A stretch of DNA of 63,293 bases, the filler included, from Stramenopiles sp. TOSAG23-3 (lineage: Eukaryota), in NCBI GenBank assembly GCA_900128585.1. It is 15 parts of 15 records of this genome, joined end to end, with 100 filler letters (N's around TTAATTAATTAA, not from the genome) between each part and the next. Parts side by side here need not be neighbours in the genome. Positions count along the whole stretch, not along the records: positions 42,959 to 48,204 come from LT643571.1; positions 48,305 to 53,548 come from LT643572.1; 13 more parts are not named here. One strand, 5' to 3'. How positions within the stretch are numbered: the first letter of the stretch is position 1; every line of letters starts with the position of its first letter. This document shows positions 43,039-53,211 of this stretch, piece after piece. The notes beneath the pieces were generated by a model. The model had not been told where the DNA came from and did no database searches. It was given only the letters and a program-made list of their open reading frames with translations. The position numbers and the translations under genes were made by a program.

Positions 43039-46000
43039 ATGCAAATCAAAAAAGTTCGATTAATTCGCCATATCGTCATGGCCGTTCTGACGATCCTCAT
43101 TGGCATCGTGGCTGCCGGTGCTTCCATACCTGGCAACGCAGAACAGGAAAACCGCTCTCAGACTGATAATCGACCGCTAATTGATCAAAGTGGGACTAAA
43201 GAGGATAAGACTGCTGTGATAATACCCATTCAAGACGGTAAGCACGTTGAAGAAGTCGATTTTAAAAATATTCGTTGCATCTTCATGTTCGAAAACCGAA
43301 GTTTGGGCTTTTTACCCGATCGAGGCATCTCAAATAAAACACACGTAACCTGTACAAAACCAGCAGGAATCGGCCCAGACAATATCAATATTACCACCGT
43401 AACAGTTCAAGTCAAAAACGAAGAAAAGCAAGAAATTATTGGCGAGGCACATTACACGTTTTATTCGTTTTGCAAGAACAAAGTGGACCTGGACGCTTGC
43501 GCCAAGGATGGGAGGTTTCTTTTCGCAGGAACGTGGAAAAAGGTGATGAAAGAAGGACATGTTCAACTACAAATTATTGGGGTCGGTTTGAACAAAGTCC
43601 CCAACTTAAAGGTTATTGCGACATCAAAGCGCACCCAAAAGAAATATACGTTTGAAGGCGACCAACTTAAACCATACGAATACGAAAACAACAGCGTCAT
43701 ATTGTACGTTGGCACCAACATTACAAATTTGGCGGATGTCATCAATGTAACATTGAAGAGTAATGGACTGAAGGAAGACTTGATTCCTGAGAATGGGAAT
43801 AAGGACGAACCCGTAATAGCTGTGATTCTTATGTTCGTTGTTGCGGCTTCTTTGCTAATGGTGCTGGAAGAGTACATCAAAGCAAAGCTTGAATTGACAT
43901 CAAGAGAAACGGCAAAAGTGTTGTCGTTCGCCTTGTTTGCTGTTGCTGCTGTGTGCTTTTATTTCTTGCCCATTTGGCTCAATCTTTATCTTTTTCCGCT
44001 ACTATTTTGCGTTTTGTCGTATCGTTCGGCAGCACCAAAGCAGCCGCTGAACGTGCGGCAAAATTCAAGGAAAGCTATTGGTTTCCGAATAGCTTTCCGA
44101 ATATCGCTTGTTCTTGCGCTGATGGCCGCTGATCTTCTAAGGCATTATTATGGTGGCCCGCACAGCTACGAAAAAAAACAACCATTCAATGGCGACGCCC
44201 AAGCTCCGACAACCAGATCACCGCCAAACCGGGAAGATAATACTGAGACGATTAACATGATTGTAGTCAGCAGGACACTGAAAGGCCAATCAACTGCCTA
44301 CGCAAGTAGCAGCAATATTAATGAAACTGCATCTCGATTATTTTCAACGGGCCACCCGCTACGGCCTTTGTCCGAAAATTATATAAGGAAATGGCTAAAA
44401 ACGCAAATAACTCTCAAGTCTTGTTTGGCTCACGTGGAGGTTAGCACTACAGTAGAGGGCGCTGCTATAGTTACAATTCAATCGTCTAGTCCACGCAAAT
44501 GTGTAGATAAATTCAATGCTACTGGTGAAACAGATCCAACTATTGCAGTACAGTCAATATTTTTATCTGATCCGGGGAAGGCAACTATTCTCGGGAAAAC
44601 TTTAAGTTATGAATTTCACACTGCACAAGATACCCCATCAGGAAATTGCAATATTACGGAAGGGAAGCCTTGTGTGAAGGAAGGCACGGTAAATGCACAG
44701 GTTATTTCGCTACCAAGTAGTAAGAAACGGATGATGATGGTAAAAATTATTCTTCGTCCGCCCGATGGTGCGCGTCATAACAATGACGTTCCCGACAAAT
44801 GGTTTGTCGTCCTAGACAGTGAATCAGGCAGCATACTTAAAGCTTGTAGCGATACGTATGGCAATGCTGCGGTGCTGGATCACTTCCGGTTTGGGAAGCA
44901 TGCGTACTCGTGCTCAACCGGTATAGGATCGGCTACCAACATACTTTCAAAATGCAGCGTAGGCATGAACTACGAAATGTCAGATAATACGACTGTTCGT
45001 TCTGTATTAAAGTATTTGCCCACTGATGCCGAAGACCGGCACAATAAATCAAACGAGTTACTATACTATTCAAGACTTGAAAATACCTCTGAACATAGCA
45101 CGACCCAAAATTTGACTTTGACCGCAGTTGCAAAGTTTGACGCAAAAATAATGGAGCTGGACTTACAGGGTAAATGCATGATGTTGGAGCCAGGGCGGCT
45201 CATTTCAACATCTCGCTCGACTTTAAACACTGACCCCACCTCCAAGAAGGATTATCAGGATTTAAAAAGTATTTTCGACGAGTTGATGGGCCCGCTCACA
45301 AACGAAACAAACGGACAAAAAAAGCAGGAAACAACAAGACGAAAAATGAATGAAGATGAAGATAGGGAGTTAAACGAAAAGGAGCAACAGACAGCACACT
45401 ATAAGATCATGGCCCACCCAAAGATATTTTCTGAACAGATTTTGAAAGCATTAAAAGCCTTCCACTATTACGAAACTTCCTATCCTCGTTATAAATGCAT
45501 CGAAAAGGGAAACCCGTCGTTGACGTTAGTTTATGGTACTGTCAATGAGCCGAAGTTTGAGATCAAATTTCAGCCTCCATCGAACTTGATTGTTAGCCTT
45601 TTCTTAGACGTAGCAAGCCTTCTTCAGCTCACAAAGGTCGACTGGTTTATCTTCAGATTTGAAGATCATATCAAGTTTTCTTTGCGGGCAAAGATTCAAT
45701 TAGATTTTAAACTAGAGCTTCGGGTTAACCGTACTACCGGGGGAGTTTTTGTCAAGACGCTTGATTTACTGAAAGAGACCATGTTCGATCTGCATACTCG
45801 TCTTGATATCGGGTTCCTTTTTAAACTGAAAGCCTTTCTTCTTGCGGCGTTTAAAGCAATATTAGTCGCACTCGTTGTTGCTTCCTCGCTTGCGTTAGGC
45901 GGTGCACTGTTAGGTGCAGTGGGTGGAGCTACATCTGCGGTTGGTGGGGCTATTTCTGGGGCCGCTGCTGGTTCCTCCATTGGTGTTGTCGCAGCCGCTG

Positions 46001-46389
46001 GGTCCGTTACAGGTGGGGTAATATCAGCGGCAGGGGCTGCACTGGCATGGACAGGCCAATTATACATTTTATCGGGGCATAAAGTTTTGACCCTTAGTGT
46101 GCCTATTGGAAAAATGTTCGGACAGTTCGTTGTAGCAGCATTAAACGTGATAGAGAGTGCGGTCGATTTGTTTACAATAACTTTCAATTCCAAGTTGATC
46201 AAGTTACTCTTGTTGACGCATTCAATGACATTGTTGAAAAGAGTGGCATACCTAATTGATATTGATCTGGTGAACTTTCAACACCTGCCCACTGTTACTC
46301 TTTGCCCTGGTGTACATCTGAAATTTGAAGCAACATACCTACAGAATAGGTTCTTTCAACTATTGCAAAACCCGCAAAACCTGACATGA
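43039..46389 (+). CDS. Hypothetical multi-pass membrane protein, 1116 aa, with IPT/TIG-like segment and Gly/Ala-zipper hydrophobic region; frame is open upstream to the contig start
   Basis: N-terminal hydrophobic helix, THVTCTKPAGIG..VTVQV, cluster of 3-4 TM helices around aa 258-370, GGALLGAVGGATSAVGGAISGAAAGSSIGVVAAAGSVTGG near the C-terminus. Confidence 0.7.
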   Translation: MQIKKVRLIRHIVMAVLTILIGIVAAGASIPGNAEQENRSQTDNRPLIDQSGTKEDKTAVIIPIQDGKHVEEVDFKNIRCIFMFENRSLGFLPDRGISNKTHVTCTKPAGIGPDNINITTVTVQVKNEEKQEIIGEAHYTFYSFCKNKVDLDACAKDGRFLFAGTWKKVMKEGHVQLQIIGVGLNKVPNLKVIATSKRTQKKYTFEGDQLKPYEYENNSVILYVGTNITNLADVINVTLKSNGLKEDLIPENGNKDEPVIAVILMFVVAASLLMVLEEYIKAKLELTSRETAKVLSFALFAVAAVCFYFLPIWLNLYLFPLLFCVLSYRSAAPKQPLNVRQNSRKAIGFRIAFRISLVLALMAADLLRHYYGGPHSYEKKQPFNGDAQAPTTRSPPNREDNTETINMIVVSRTLKGQSTAYASSSNINETASRLFSTGHPLRPLSENYIRKWLKTQITLKSCLAHVEVSTTVEGAAIVTIQSSSPRKCVDKFNATGETDPTIAVQSIFLSDPGKATILGKTLSYEFHTAQDTPSGNCNITEGKPCVKEGTVNAQVISLPSSKKRMMMVKIILRPPDGARHNNDVPDKWFVVLDSESGSILKACSDTYGNAAVLDHFRFGKHAYSCSTGIGSATNILSKCSVGMNYEMSDNTTVRSVLKYLPTDAEDRHNKSNELLYYSRLENTSEHSTTQNLTLTAVAKFDAKIMELDLQGKCMMLEPGRLISTSRSTLNTDPTSKKDYQDLKSIFDELMGPLTNETNGQKKQETTRRKMNEDEDRELNEKEQQTAHYKIMAHPKIFSEQILKALKAFHYYETSYPRYKCIEKGNPSLTLVYGTVNEPKFEIKFQPPSNLIVSLFLDVASLLQLTKVDWFIFRFEDHIKFSLRAKIQLDFKLELRVNRTTGGVFVKTLDLLKETMFDLHTRLDIGFLFKLKAFLLAAFKAILVALVVASSLALGGALLGAVGGATSAVGGAISGAAAGSSIGVVAAAGSVTGGVISAAGAALAWTGQLYILSGHKVLTLSVPIGKMFGQFVVAALNVIESAVDLFTITFNSKLIKLLLLTHSMTLLKRVAYLIDIDLVNFQHLPTVTLCPGVHLKFEATYLQNRFFQLLQNPQNLT

Positions 46390-46689
46390 CGTTCATGAGC
46401 GCTGCGAAGATTGGAAGAACGGGGGAAAATAGGCTCTTTTGGGAAGTGGGACAGTAAAAAGATCGACCAAGAGTTGGCCACCAACTCCTAAAAATTTCAT
46501 TTTTTTTAAAACTTAAAATATCGTAAGCTTTCTTCTTGTAATATGATATCTAACTTCCTATATTAACTTAGATAAAAACAAAACGTGAATTATCTAATGA
46601 TAGTTCTTTTTTTTAAAAACAAGAAAATTGGCTGTTATAATTAATTGGCTGTTATTTAAGTCTTTTTTTTTAAATAGGACTGATTCGGA

Positions 46690-48060
46690 TCATGCATGAA
46701 TGCTCCAGGTCGTGTCCTCTTCCAAACAATCGGCAGCATTTTCAACAAAAGTGTGTGTACAAAAATGATCTCCATAGTCCAAAAGATGGGGAAACATAGA
46801 CGTTATATACGACCGATTGAAAGCCAGTCCTGATCCACCAACTCCTAAAAATTTCATTTTTTTATATTGTGATGGTGTTAGTGACAAAGTGCCCGACAGA
46901 GAATTGTTCCGAAGCTCTACGATTTCCAAGTTTGTTAACTGTTCGATCCAAGGCAATCCGCCCTGAAACTGATTGTTTTTCAAGTTCATGCATTTAAGGT
47001 TTTTCAGTTTACTCAAACTGTGAGGAACAGAACCATTAAAACGGTTGTTGTCCAATCGTATATCTATTAAGTTGGTCAGGTTTCCTACATTAATATGTTG
47101 ATTCAAGTGGTTATTGTTGAGATATAAATATCTCAACTCTGTCAGTTTTATTTCATCAATGTTGGTCAGTCGATTAGACCCAAGATACATATATTGCAAA
47201 TTATTCAATGTGTCAAAATTGATAGATTTTAATGAATTCCGCTCAAGATGCAAATAGAGCAGCTTCGTCAGAGTACTAGTATCGAAGTCAACTGACGACC
47301 AGTTATAGCCTGCCAGAGATATGCTCTGTAAATTTATCAAACGGTTGATGCAACCGATTGATAAATTGTATGCGCCAAGTATTACTAAACCTGAGATTAC
47401 AGTTTTCAACTGGCACACTGGAAATCTTTCATGGTTGTCTCCGATGAACAATACGTTCATCAAATCGTTATGTTGAAAATACTGCCCTAACAATCGGGAG
47501 GGGAAATCCACCGACGCGTCTATGTCTTTCAAGTCGGAGGTGAAACCTTCTCCCCCTCCGCCATGCAATTCCTGTATAAAAACGTTGCCACGTTTTCGGA
47601 CATAATCCATATTGTACAAGTCTCCCAACCGAACAGATTGAACAGGATTTCGAGATACATCCAGCATGGTCAGTGGTATGTTTTTAAAATTAATACCAAA
47701 CGACAGATCTCCCAGCTTATTTTCAGAAACGTTGAGTCGTTTCAGATGTGGCAGTAGGTGCAGGACTGTGACCACATTGTTAGTATTGAAGAGGCCCGGC
47801 TTGCCTGGTATACCAGACAAGTCCAAGTCTCTCATCGTGCGGTTCATGAATCCTAGTATACGTAATGCCCCTAAAGGGTCGTTAGACCGCAAACGCAATG
47901 ACCTTGCTACTGGATTATATTCAACGCTGAATTGTTGAAGTTTTGACAGCAACGTTATTTCGTGTGGCAGATGGTGGATCGAATTATTTTGGAGCAAGAG
48001 CACATTCAACTTTCCAAGCCGGCTGATGGAGATAGGAATGCTTTTGATCTGATTGCCTTG
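46690..48060 (-). CDS. Leucine-rich repeat protein, apparently 5'-truncated (possible pseudogene or chimera)
   Basis: LxxLxLxxNxL repeats including plant-type NNRFNGSVP, NNQFQGGLP, NNSLSGTL. The LRR register continues upstream (QGNQIKSIPISISRLGKL) to an in-frame TAA near 48062 with no ATG. Confidence 0.78.
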   Translation of the reverse strand, partial: QGNQIKSIPISISRLGKLNVLLLQNNSIHHLPHEITLLSKLQQFSVEYNPVARSLRLRSNDPLGALRILGFMNRTMRDLDLSGIPGKPGLFNTNNVVTVLHLLPHLKRLNVSENKLGDLSFGINFKNIPLTMLDVSRNPVQSVRLGDLYNMDYVRKRGNVFIQELHGGGGEGFTSDLKDIDASVDFPSRLLGQYFQHNDLMNVLFIGDNHERFPVCQLKTVISGLVILGAYNLSIGCINRLINLQSISLAGYNWSSVDFDTSTLTKLLYLHLERNSLKSINFDTLNNLQYMYLGSNRLTNIDEIKLTELRYLYLNNNHLNQHINVGNLTNLIDIRLDNNRFNGSVPHSLSKLKNLKCMNLKNNQFQGGLPWIEQLTNLEIVELRNNSLSGTLSLTPSQYKKMKFLGVGGSGLAFNRSYITSMFPHLLDYGDHFCTHTFVENAADCLEEDTTWSIHA

Positions 48061-48125
48061 TTATTGATTGCCAAAGCCGTCGATCGCGGTTTGGACGACT
48101 TAAACAAAGGGTTCAGCGTTGCATT

Positions 48126-48204
48126 GTCTTTTTGTGATTTAATTTTAAATTTCCTAGGTATTTTTTTCTTGATATTTTCGTTTCTTTAAATATGTGAATT
48201 CCAT
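48126..48204 (-). repeat. Right arm of 79-bp perfect contig-terminal inverted repeat
   Basis: Exact reverse complement of 42959-43037. Confidence 0.96.
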
Positions 48205-48560
48205 NNNNNNNNNNNNNNNNNNNNNNNNNNNNNNNNNNNNNNNNNNNNTTAATTAATTAANNNNNNNNNNNNNNNNNNNNNNNNNNNNNNNNNNNNNNNN
48301 NNNNGAATGATCTTCTTCTTTCTTTTTATTATTACTACTATTATTATTGCCCATCTCTTTCTTAATTTCATTTCTCATGAAGGGAAGCATTTTTCGAATT
48401 ATGAATAAGTTTGCGCGTTGGTTGGTTGGTTTGTTCATTCGTTCGTTTGTTTGTCAGGGTGGCAAAGGACGGCGAGGGAGTGAGTGTATACGTACGCACT
48501 TGTACACTGCCTTGCTCTTACACGGGCAGCGCAGCAACTTGGGAAGGATAGCACGCGGCC

Positions 48561-51500
48561 ATGTCTGTTAACCAGAGCGAAGAAAAGCGCGTGACGTTTG
48601 AAGAGAAAGACGAATATTTTAGCGACGATGATTCCATGGAAGAATCTTCGGACGATGAATCGTCGGAGAATGAAGAAGAGGCAGAGAAGAAGCGGAGAAA
48701 CTTGGCCGTATGGGAACGCCCGACGGAGGTCTACGAAGTCCTCGAGTGTGGGGGCTACATGGTGCAGTACAAAACTTATATGCTCGAGCCCCCCCCCGAC
48801 TACTACGAGAGGCTGAGGGAGGAGTTCAGGATGTTTAGTTTAAGAAGTAGAGTTATCAAGTACAGGGAAGAAGTTCTGGGCCGCCTGATCGAAAGGCTGG
48901 AGGACAAGCTGAACGCACGAGAAGAAGAGTTAGAAGGCCTGGACACCCAGAAAGTCCTTGCGGGCGACCCCGCAAAGAAACTGTACGTGGTCCAAACCAA
49001 CATTTTTCACGAGCCGTACGAGATGACGTACGTTCCAGGGAAAGTGTGGAGAGAGGAAGAATGGCTGGAGCGGCACGAGCATAGTCAAAGTTTTCCACAG
49101 GCGCTAGAAGTCGAAAAGGCAAGGGTGTTGCTCTTGGAGCGTGTCATAGCGTATAGAAAAGAGGTCACTGCGGCTCGGAGGGAAAGCAATAGCATTGGAA
49201 AGTTTGCAGGGGACACTGCCGCAACCCACATACAAAAGATTTTTCGAGGGTACATGGGCAAGTTCAGGGCCGCGGAGAAGCGGCGGACGTACTTAATAGA
49301 CCGGCAGATTCGAGCGGTCGGGAAAATCCAGCGCGTGTGGCGGGGGTACATATCAAGGGTGAAGACGTGGGCAAGGTTTGAAGATTTGACCAGGAAGAAG
49401 AAGTGGAACATGGCGATTGAGATCCAGCGAATGTGGCGGGGCTGGATGGCCCGGCAATTGTTCAAGCGGCTAGAGTCTGAGTTTCGACGCAGGCGGGAGC
49501 ACAACTCCGCAGTGAAGATTCAGGCATGGATTCGGGGAACGAGGGGGAGAAAAATCGCGGAAATTAAGAAGAAAGTAGCGATCGTCGAGGACGTAGAAGA
49601 AGATTACTTGGACTCAACAGTACAGATCCAGCGTTTTGTCCGAGGGTGGTTGGGGAGAAAAAAAGTAGTGGCCAGAAAGGTGGAAGTCAAGCTGAACAAG
49701 CGCGTGAAAAAGCTCGCGTACGATTACATAAGCAAAGGCAGTTTTTGGGAATTTTTGGGGGCGGTGAACAACGATTACCAGCGGTACAACGACCAGCGCC
49801 AAAGGGAAGAGGAGCTGGCGGCAACGTTCATTCAGCAAGTTATGCAGCGGCGAGAGGAAGAGCAGAAAGCGGCGTGGAATTCATGGAAGACGCAGAAGAA
49901 GCGCTCCAAAAAGGGGAAAGGCAGCGGTGAGCGGATGAGCCGCAGGGCAATGAAAAAGTACCTGGGCTCCACGGACGAGAAATTTTTCAACGATACCATG
50001 CAATGGGCAAAGGGCAAGCAAAAAAAGTTGTCCTTCCGCAGCCAGCGCCCTCGGCTGTCCACCGAGGGGGGATCAAAAGTCCAACTGGAGCCGTTGCTCT
50101 CCACGACCATGACGTGGCAAAACTCGGTCTTGGGCCAACGCGAGCCTCACGCCTCCTCCGTTCAGCCCCAACATTCAGTTGAGAGGATGGGGGGAAGCGA
50201 AGTACTGTCGCCCAACAACGTAAGCAGCATGAGCCAACGGTCTGTCCCGGGCCCTGGGTTTGTCACCCCAGAGGCGAGCGAGATTGTGATTGGCGGCGTG
50301 TCTGTCCCGGCAGGGTTTAACGTTGGGGGCGTGTCGACCGCCTCGCCGTACAATATAGGAAGTGTTCACAAGTCCGTAGGGTTTGGGGATGGTCCAGGGG
50401 ACCCCAACAGCCCGCTTTCTAATCAAAACGGTATGAACGTAGACGCGTACTCGTCACTGACGACTGCGCTAGAGCAGGAGAGTAGCGTGTTCGAAGGGGC
50501 GTCCAAGTCCGACTTTGAGAGGTTCCCTGCGGACGTTCTGACTCGCGACATTACGAACGCGGACGATGACATCGACCGGCTGGTGCTTCACGCCGCACTC
50601 CGAACGTACATTCCACCAACATCAAGGGCAATGTCTGGCATGGACGCGTTCGAAGAATTTTTGCGCATGCCGCCGGGGCTTATGAAAGTGAAGCGAGAGG
50701 CCGAGGCATCCAGGTATTGCGCCCCTTACATAAAAATTTTGAAGTACAACGGTTTTAAATCGGTGAGGATGCTGAAACGCTGCAGTGCCACGCAGATGAC
50801 TGCGTTGGGCATCCCCGTTGCCCTGGCACAGATGCTTGGCCGGTTGATGCGGCAATTGTACCGCTCGTGGCAAAACGTGGACCCCCACTTTGTCGCCCAA
50901 CGGGCAATCTCCCCGGCGACTGGCGAAAACATGTTTCTGCAGGCCCCGGAGCCTTCTCAGACGTTTGAAGTCCCTGAAAACCTGAACACGCTAAAGGAAA
51001 GTGTTCTTTCGGACAACTATGGCTTCGTCATGGACGGCAGCCAAGAGCTACCGGGCGGACAGGGCGGGGCTGTCATCAAGCTTGGAGATGCTCGCGAGCT
51101 GCAAGATTTGTGGCCGTACGGGGACGATGCCAACAACCTGAAGAGTAGCCAAGACCCGACAAGCGGCTTTGAATCTGCTGCCAGGCTAGCGACGACGCCG
51201 CCGTCGAGGGACAGCATGAGCAGGCAGCTGCGACCGGACACAGCGCAGACAATCGATTATGGGGGGGAGAGCCGCCCCTCGACGGCGTTCTCCTCCGTGA
51301 GCAGACCGGGTACCCGCGGCAGTTTTGGTAGCAGGGGCAGTATGCTGAGACCGTCGACGGGCGATTTGTCCAAAACCCGAGAATCTACCCCGAACCCCCT
51401 CGGGGGAAGCACAAGGCCAAACACGAGGGGTATTCTTCGTGTGTCGTCTGCAAACAGTCGGCCGAAAACGGGGGATTCTATTTTGAAGACTCCGTCGTCG

Positions 51501-53063
51501 GCAGTGCCTTCTGAAAAAGAGCGCGCACGAATTCAGAGCCGCCCAGGAACAACAGGGAACACGAAATACGTTCCCGGTTCCCCAGTGCGCCCATCGATCG
51601 ATATCGTGTCTCCAGAAAATCGCACCCGGCCCGCAACCGTGGGAAATGTGCGAGAAAAGAAACAGCAGATGTTGCAAAGGCACGCGAGCCTTCAATTACC
51701 GCTGCAGCACCGCCCGCCATTTCCTGGGGGTTCTCGACCGGGGACTGCCAGCGACATGGTTTATAGACCGGGGACAGGGCAAAGCTTTGGCAGCAGGCCG
51801 TCGACTCGAGCCACAGTGGACTATGGGTTCGAGGTGAACGCTGACCCTGGGGATACCTTGGACTACGACGCCGCAATTGAGCACGCAGACGAAACGTTGC
51901 CCACGCCTCGTCATAGAGAAGGGGAGGGCGTTGGGGACGGCAATGACGACGAAGCTGCCCATCAGCAGTACGTTGAACAGGAGCGTCCGTCTACCGCCGA
52001 AAGATTGAGGGATAAGCTGAGTGCTCCCTTAACGATCGACACGCTGGAGACTCCGATTGAAAATTTGATAGTTAATGCGGCGTTGCACGTCTACAAACCT
52101 CCCGACTGCGAGTTTGAAACCGGAGCGGAGTCGTTTGATTACTTTATCGGGGAGCTGGTCAGCTTTCCCCCCGGGCCCGACGGGGAAAAGCGTCGTCGGG
52201 AAGTAGTCAGGAAGAGGACAAAGAATGCATTTCGATGGGCCCAAAAGTTTGTCAATACGTTCAAATCCTACAACTTATGGTCTATCAAAGATTTGGTGAG
52301 CTTGGGGCGGCCGCTGGAGGCTTTTGGGCTCCCGGAGGAGCTCGCCGAAAAGATTCAAAACGCGCTTCAAAAGCACTTGCCGCATGCAACAGTTGCAAGA
52401 GGCTTCGATAAAAGGTTCCAGCGGTCTGCACTGGACGCCCTGGGGCGTCCTCCCCCGCCTCTCCCAATAAAGAAGGGAGAAGAAGATGACCTGCGAGACA
52501 TGCTGCTGGATGCTGACAATTATTACAACAGCAGGACTTTAACAATGGGAAAATCGAAAAGCTACGACGAAAGAATTGAAAACGCCGGATTTATGGTCCC
52601 CCCGGAGTCCAGGAAATGGCCTGGTGCAAAGTTGCAGCCGTTTCCTATCCAATCCTTAGAGAGCGATTTCGGGGCCAGTCTCCCCCCGGCGCAACCCACG
52701 CCACCTCCAATGTCTTCTATTGCAGAACGGCACAAATACAAGTGTCGTTACCAAGGGTGCAATCAAATGTTTTCGCGACGGTATACGCTACAACTTCACG
52801 AGCGGACCCACCTCCACGCCCAAGACTATTATTTCTGGAAAAATGCTCCCAAAATTGGAAACGTTGGTCCTTCCCCCAGAAAACCTGTTCGGGCAGGGAT
52901 GAATGTGGGCGGTGCAAATTCATCCCTTGATGGGGCGTTTGGGCAGAATGGGACGTTCCGGATGTCGGACAAAACTGGCTTTGGCGTACAGCGAAACGCG
53001 GACGGCCGGTTGGGCGTCACCTACAAAAGGAAGGAGAAGCGGCGCACTCGCCGGAAGAAATGA
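48561..53063 (+). CDS. IQ-motif protein, 1500 aa, with duplicated helical (SAM-like?) domain, RPxT repeats and a C-terminal C2H2 zinc finger
   Basis: Five IQ motifs (IQKIFRGYMGK, IQRVWRGYISR, IQRMWRGWMAR, IQAWIRGTRGR, IQRFVRGWLGR); YKCRYQGCNQMFSRRYTLQLHERTH. Confidence 0.85.
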   Translation: MSVNQSEEKRVTFEEKDEYFSDDDSMEESSDDESSENEEEAEKKRRNLAVWERPTEVYEVLECGGYMVQYKTYMLEPPPDYYERLREEFRMFSLRSRVIKYREEVLGRLIERLEDKLNAREEELEGLDTQKVLAGDPAKKLYVVQTNIFHEPYEMTYVPGKVWREEEWLERHEHSQSFPQALEVEKARVLLLERVIAYRKEVTAARRESNSIGKFAGDTAATHIQKIFRGYMGKFRAAEKRRTYLIDRQIRAVGKIQRVWRGYISRVKTWARFEDLTRKKKWNMAIEIQRMWRGWMARQLFKRLESEFRRRREHNSAVKIQAWIRGTRGRKIAEIKKKVAIVEDVEEDYLDSTVQIQRFVRGWLGRKKVVARKVEVKLNKRVKKLAYDYISKGSFWEFLGAVNNDYQRYNDQRQREEELAATFIQQVMQRREEEQKAAWNSWKTQKKRSKKGKGSGERMSRRAMKKYLGSTDEKFFNDTMQWAKGKQKKLSFRSQRPRLSTEGGSKVQLEPLLSTTMTWQNSVLGQREPHASSVQPQHSVERMGGSEVLSPNNVSSMSQRSVPGPGFVTPEASEIVIGGVSVPAGFNVGGVSTASPYNIGSVHKSVGFGDGPGDPNSPLSNQNGMNVDAYSSLTTALEQESSVFEGASKSDFERFPADVLTRDITNADDDIDRLVLHAALRTYIPPTSRAMSGMDAFEEFLRMPPGLMKVKREAEASRYCAPYIKILKYNGFKSVRMLKRCSATQMTALGIPVALAQMLGRLMRQLYRSWQNVDPHFVAQRAISPATGENMFLQAPEPSQTFEVPENLNTLKESVLSDNYGFVMDGSQELPGGQGGAVIKLGDARELQDLWPYGDDANNLKSSQDPTSGFESAARLATTPPSRDSMSRQLRPDTAQTIDYGGESRPSTAFSSVSRPGTRGSFGSRGSMLRPSTGDLSKTRESTPNPLGGSTRPNTRGILRVSSANSRPKTGDSILKTPSSAVPSEKERARIQSRPGTTGNTKYVPGSPVRPSIDIVSPENRTRPATVGNVREKKQQMLQRHASLQLPLQHRPPFPGGSRPGTASDMVYRPGTGQSFGSRPSTRATVDYGFEVNADPGDTLDYDAAIEHADETLPTPRHREGEGVGDGNDDEAAHQQYVEQERPSTAERLRDKLSAPLTIDTLETPIENLIVNAALHVYKPPDCEFETGAESFDYFIGELVSFPPGPDGEKRRREVVRKRTKNAFRWAQKFVNTFKSYNLWSIKDLVSLGRPLEAFGLPEELAEKIQNALQKHLPHATVARGFDKRFQRSALDALGRPPPPLPIKKGEEDDLRDMLLDADNYYNSRTLTMGKSKSYDERIENAGFMVPPESRKWPGAKLQPFPIQSLESDFGASLPPAQPTPPPMSSIAERHKYKCRYQGCNQMFSRRYTLQLHERTHLHAQDYYFWKNAPKIGNVGPSPRKPVRAGMNVGGANSSLDGAFGQNGTFRMSDKTGFGVQRNADGRLGVTYKRKEKRRTRRKK

Positions 53064-53211
53064 TGGGGGGATATTTTATACACCGCACACACTCGTAAAG
53101 ATTTTTTTAAAGGTAAGCTCTTACGAGTATGATATATTACTGTGTCTGACATTTCAGAATTATGGTCTTTACCAAGTTAGGTCACTCCATCGTTGTGCTG
53201 CCATGCTTCTC

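Noticed and set aside
42959-48204. Uniform ~5.2-kb segments as nanochromosomes or viral genome segments
   Set aside because: Lengths simply decrease monotonically (size-sorted assembly), many genes are cut at the ends, and no telomeric repeats are present.
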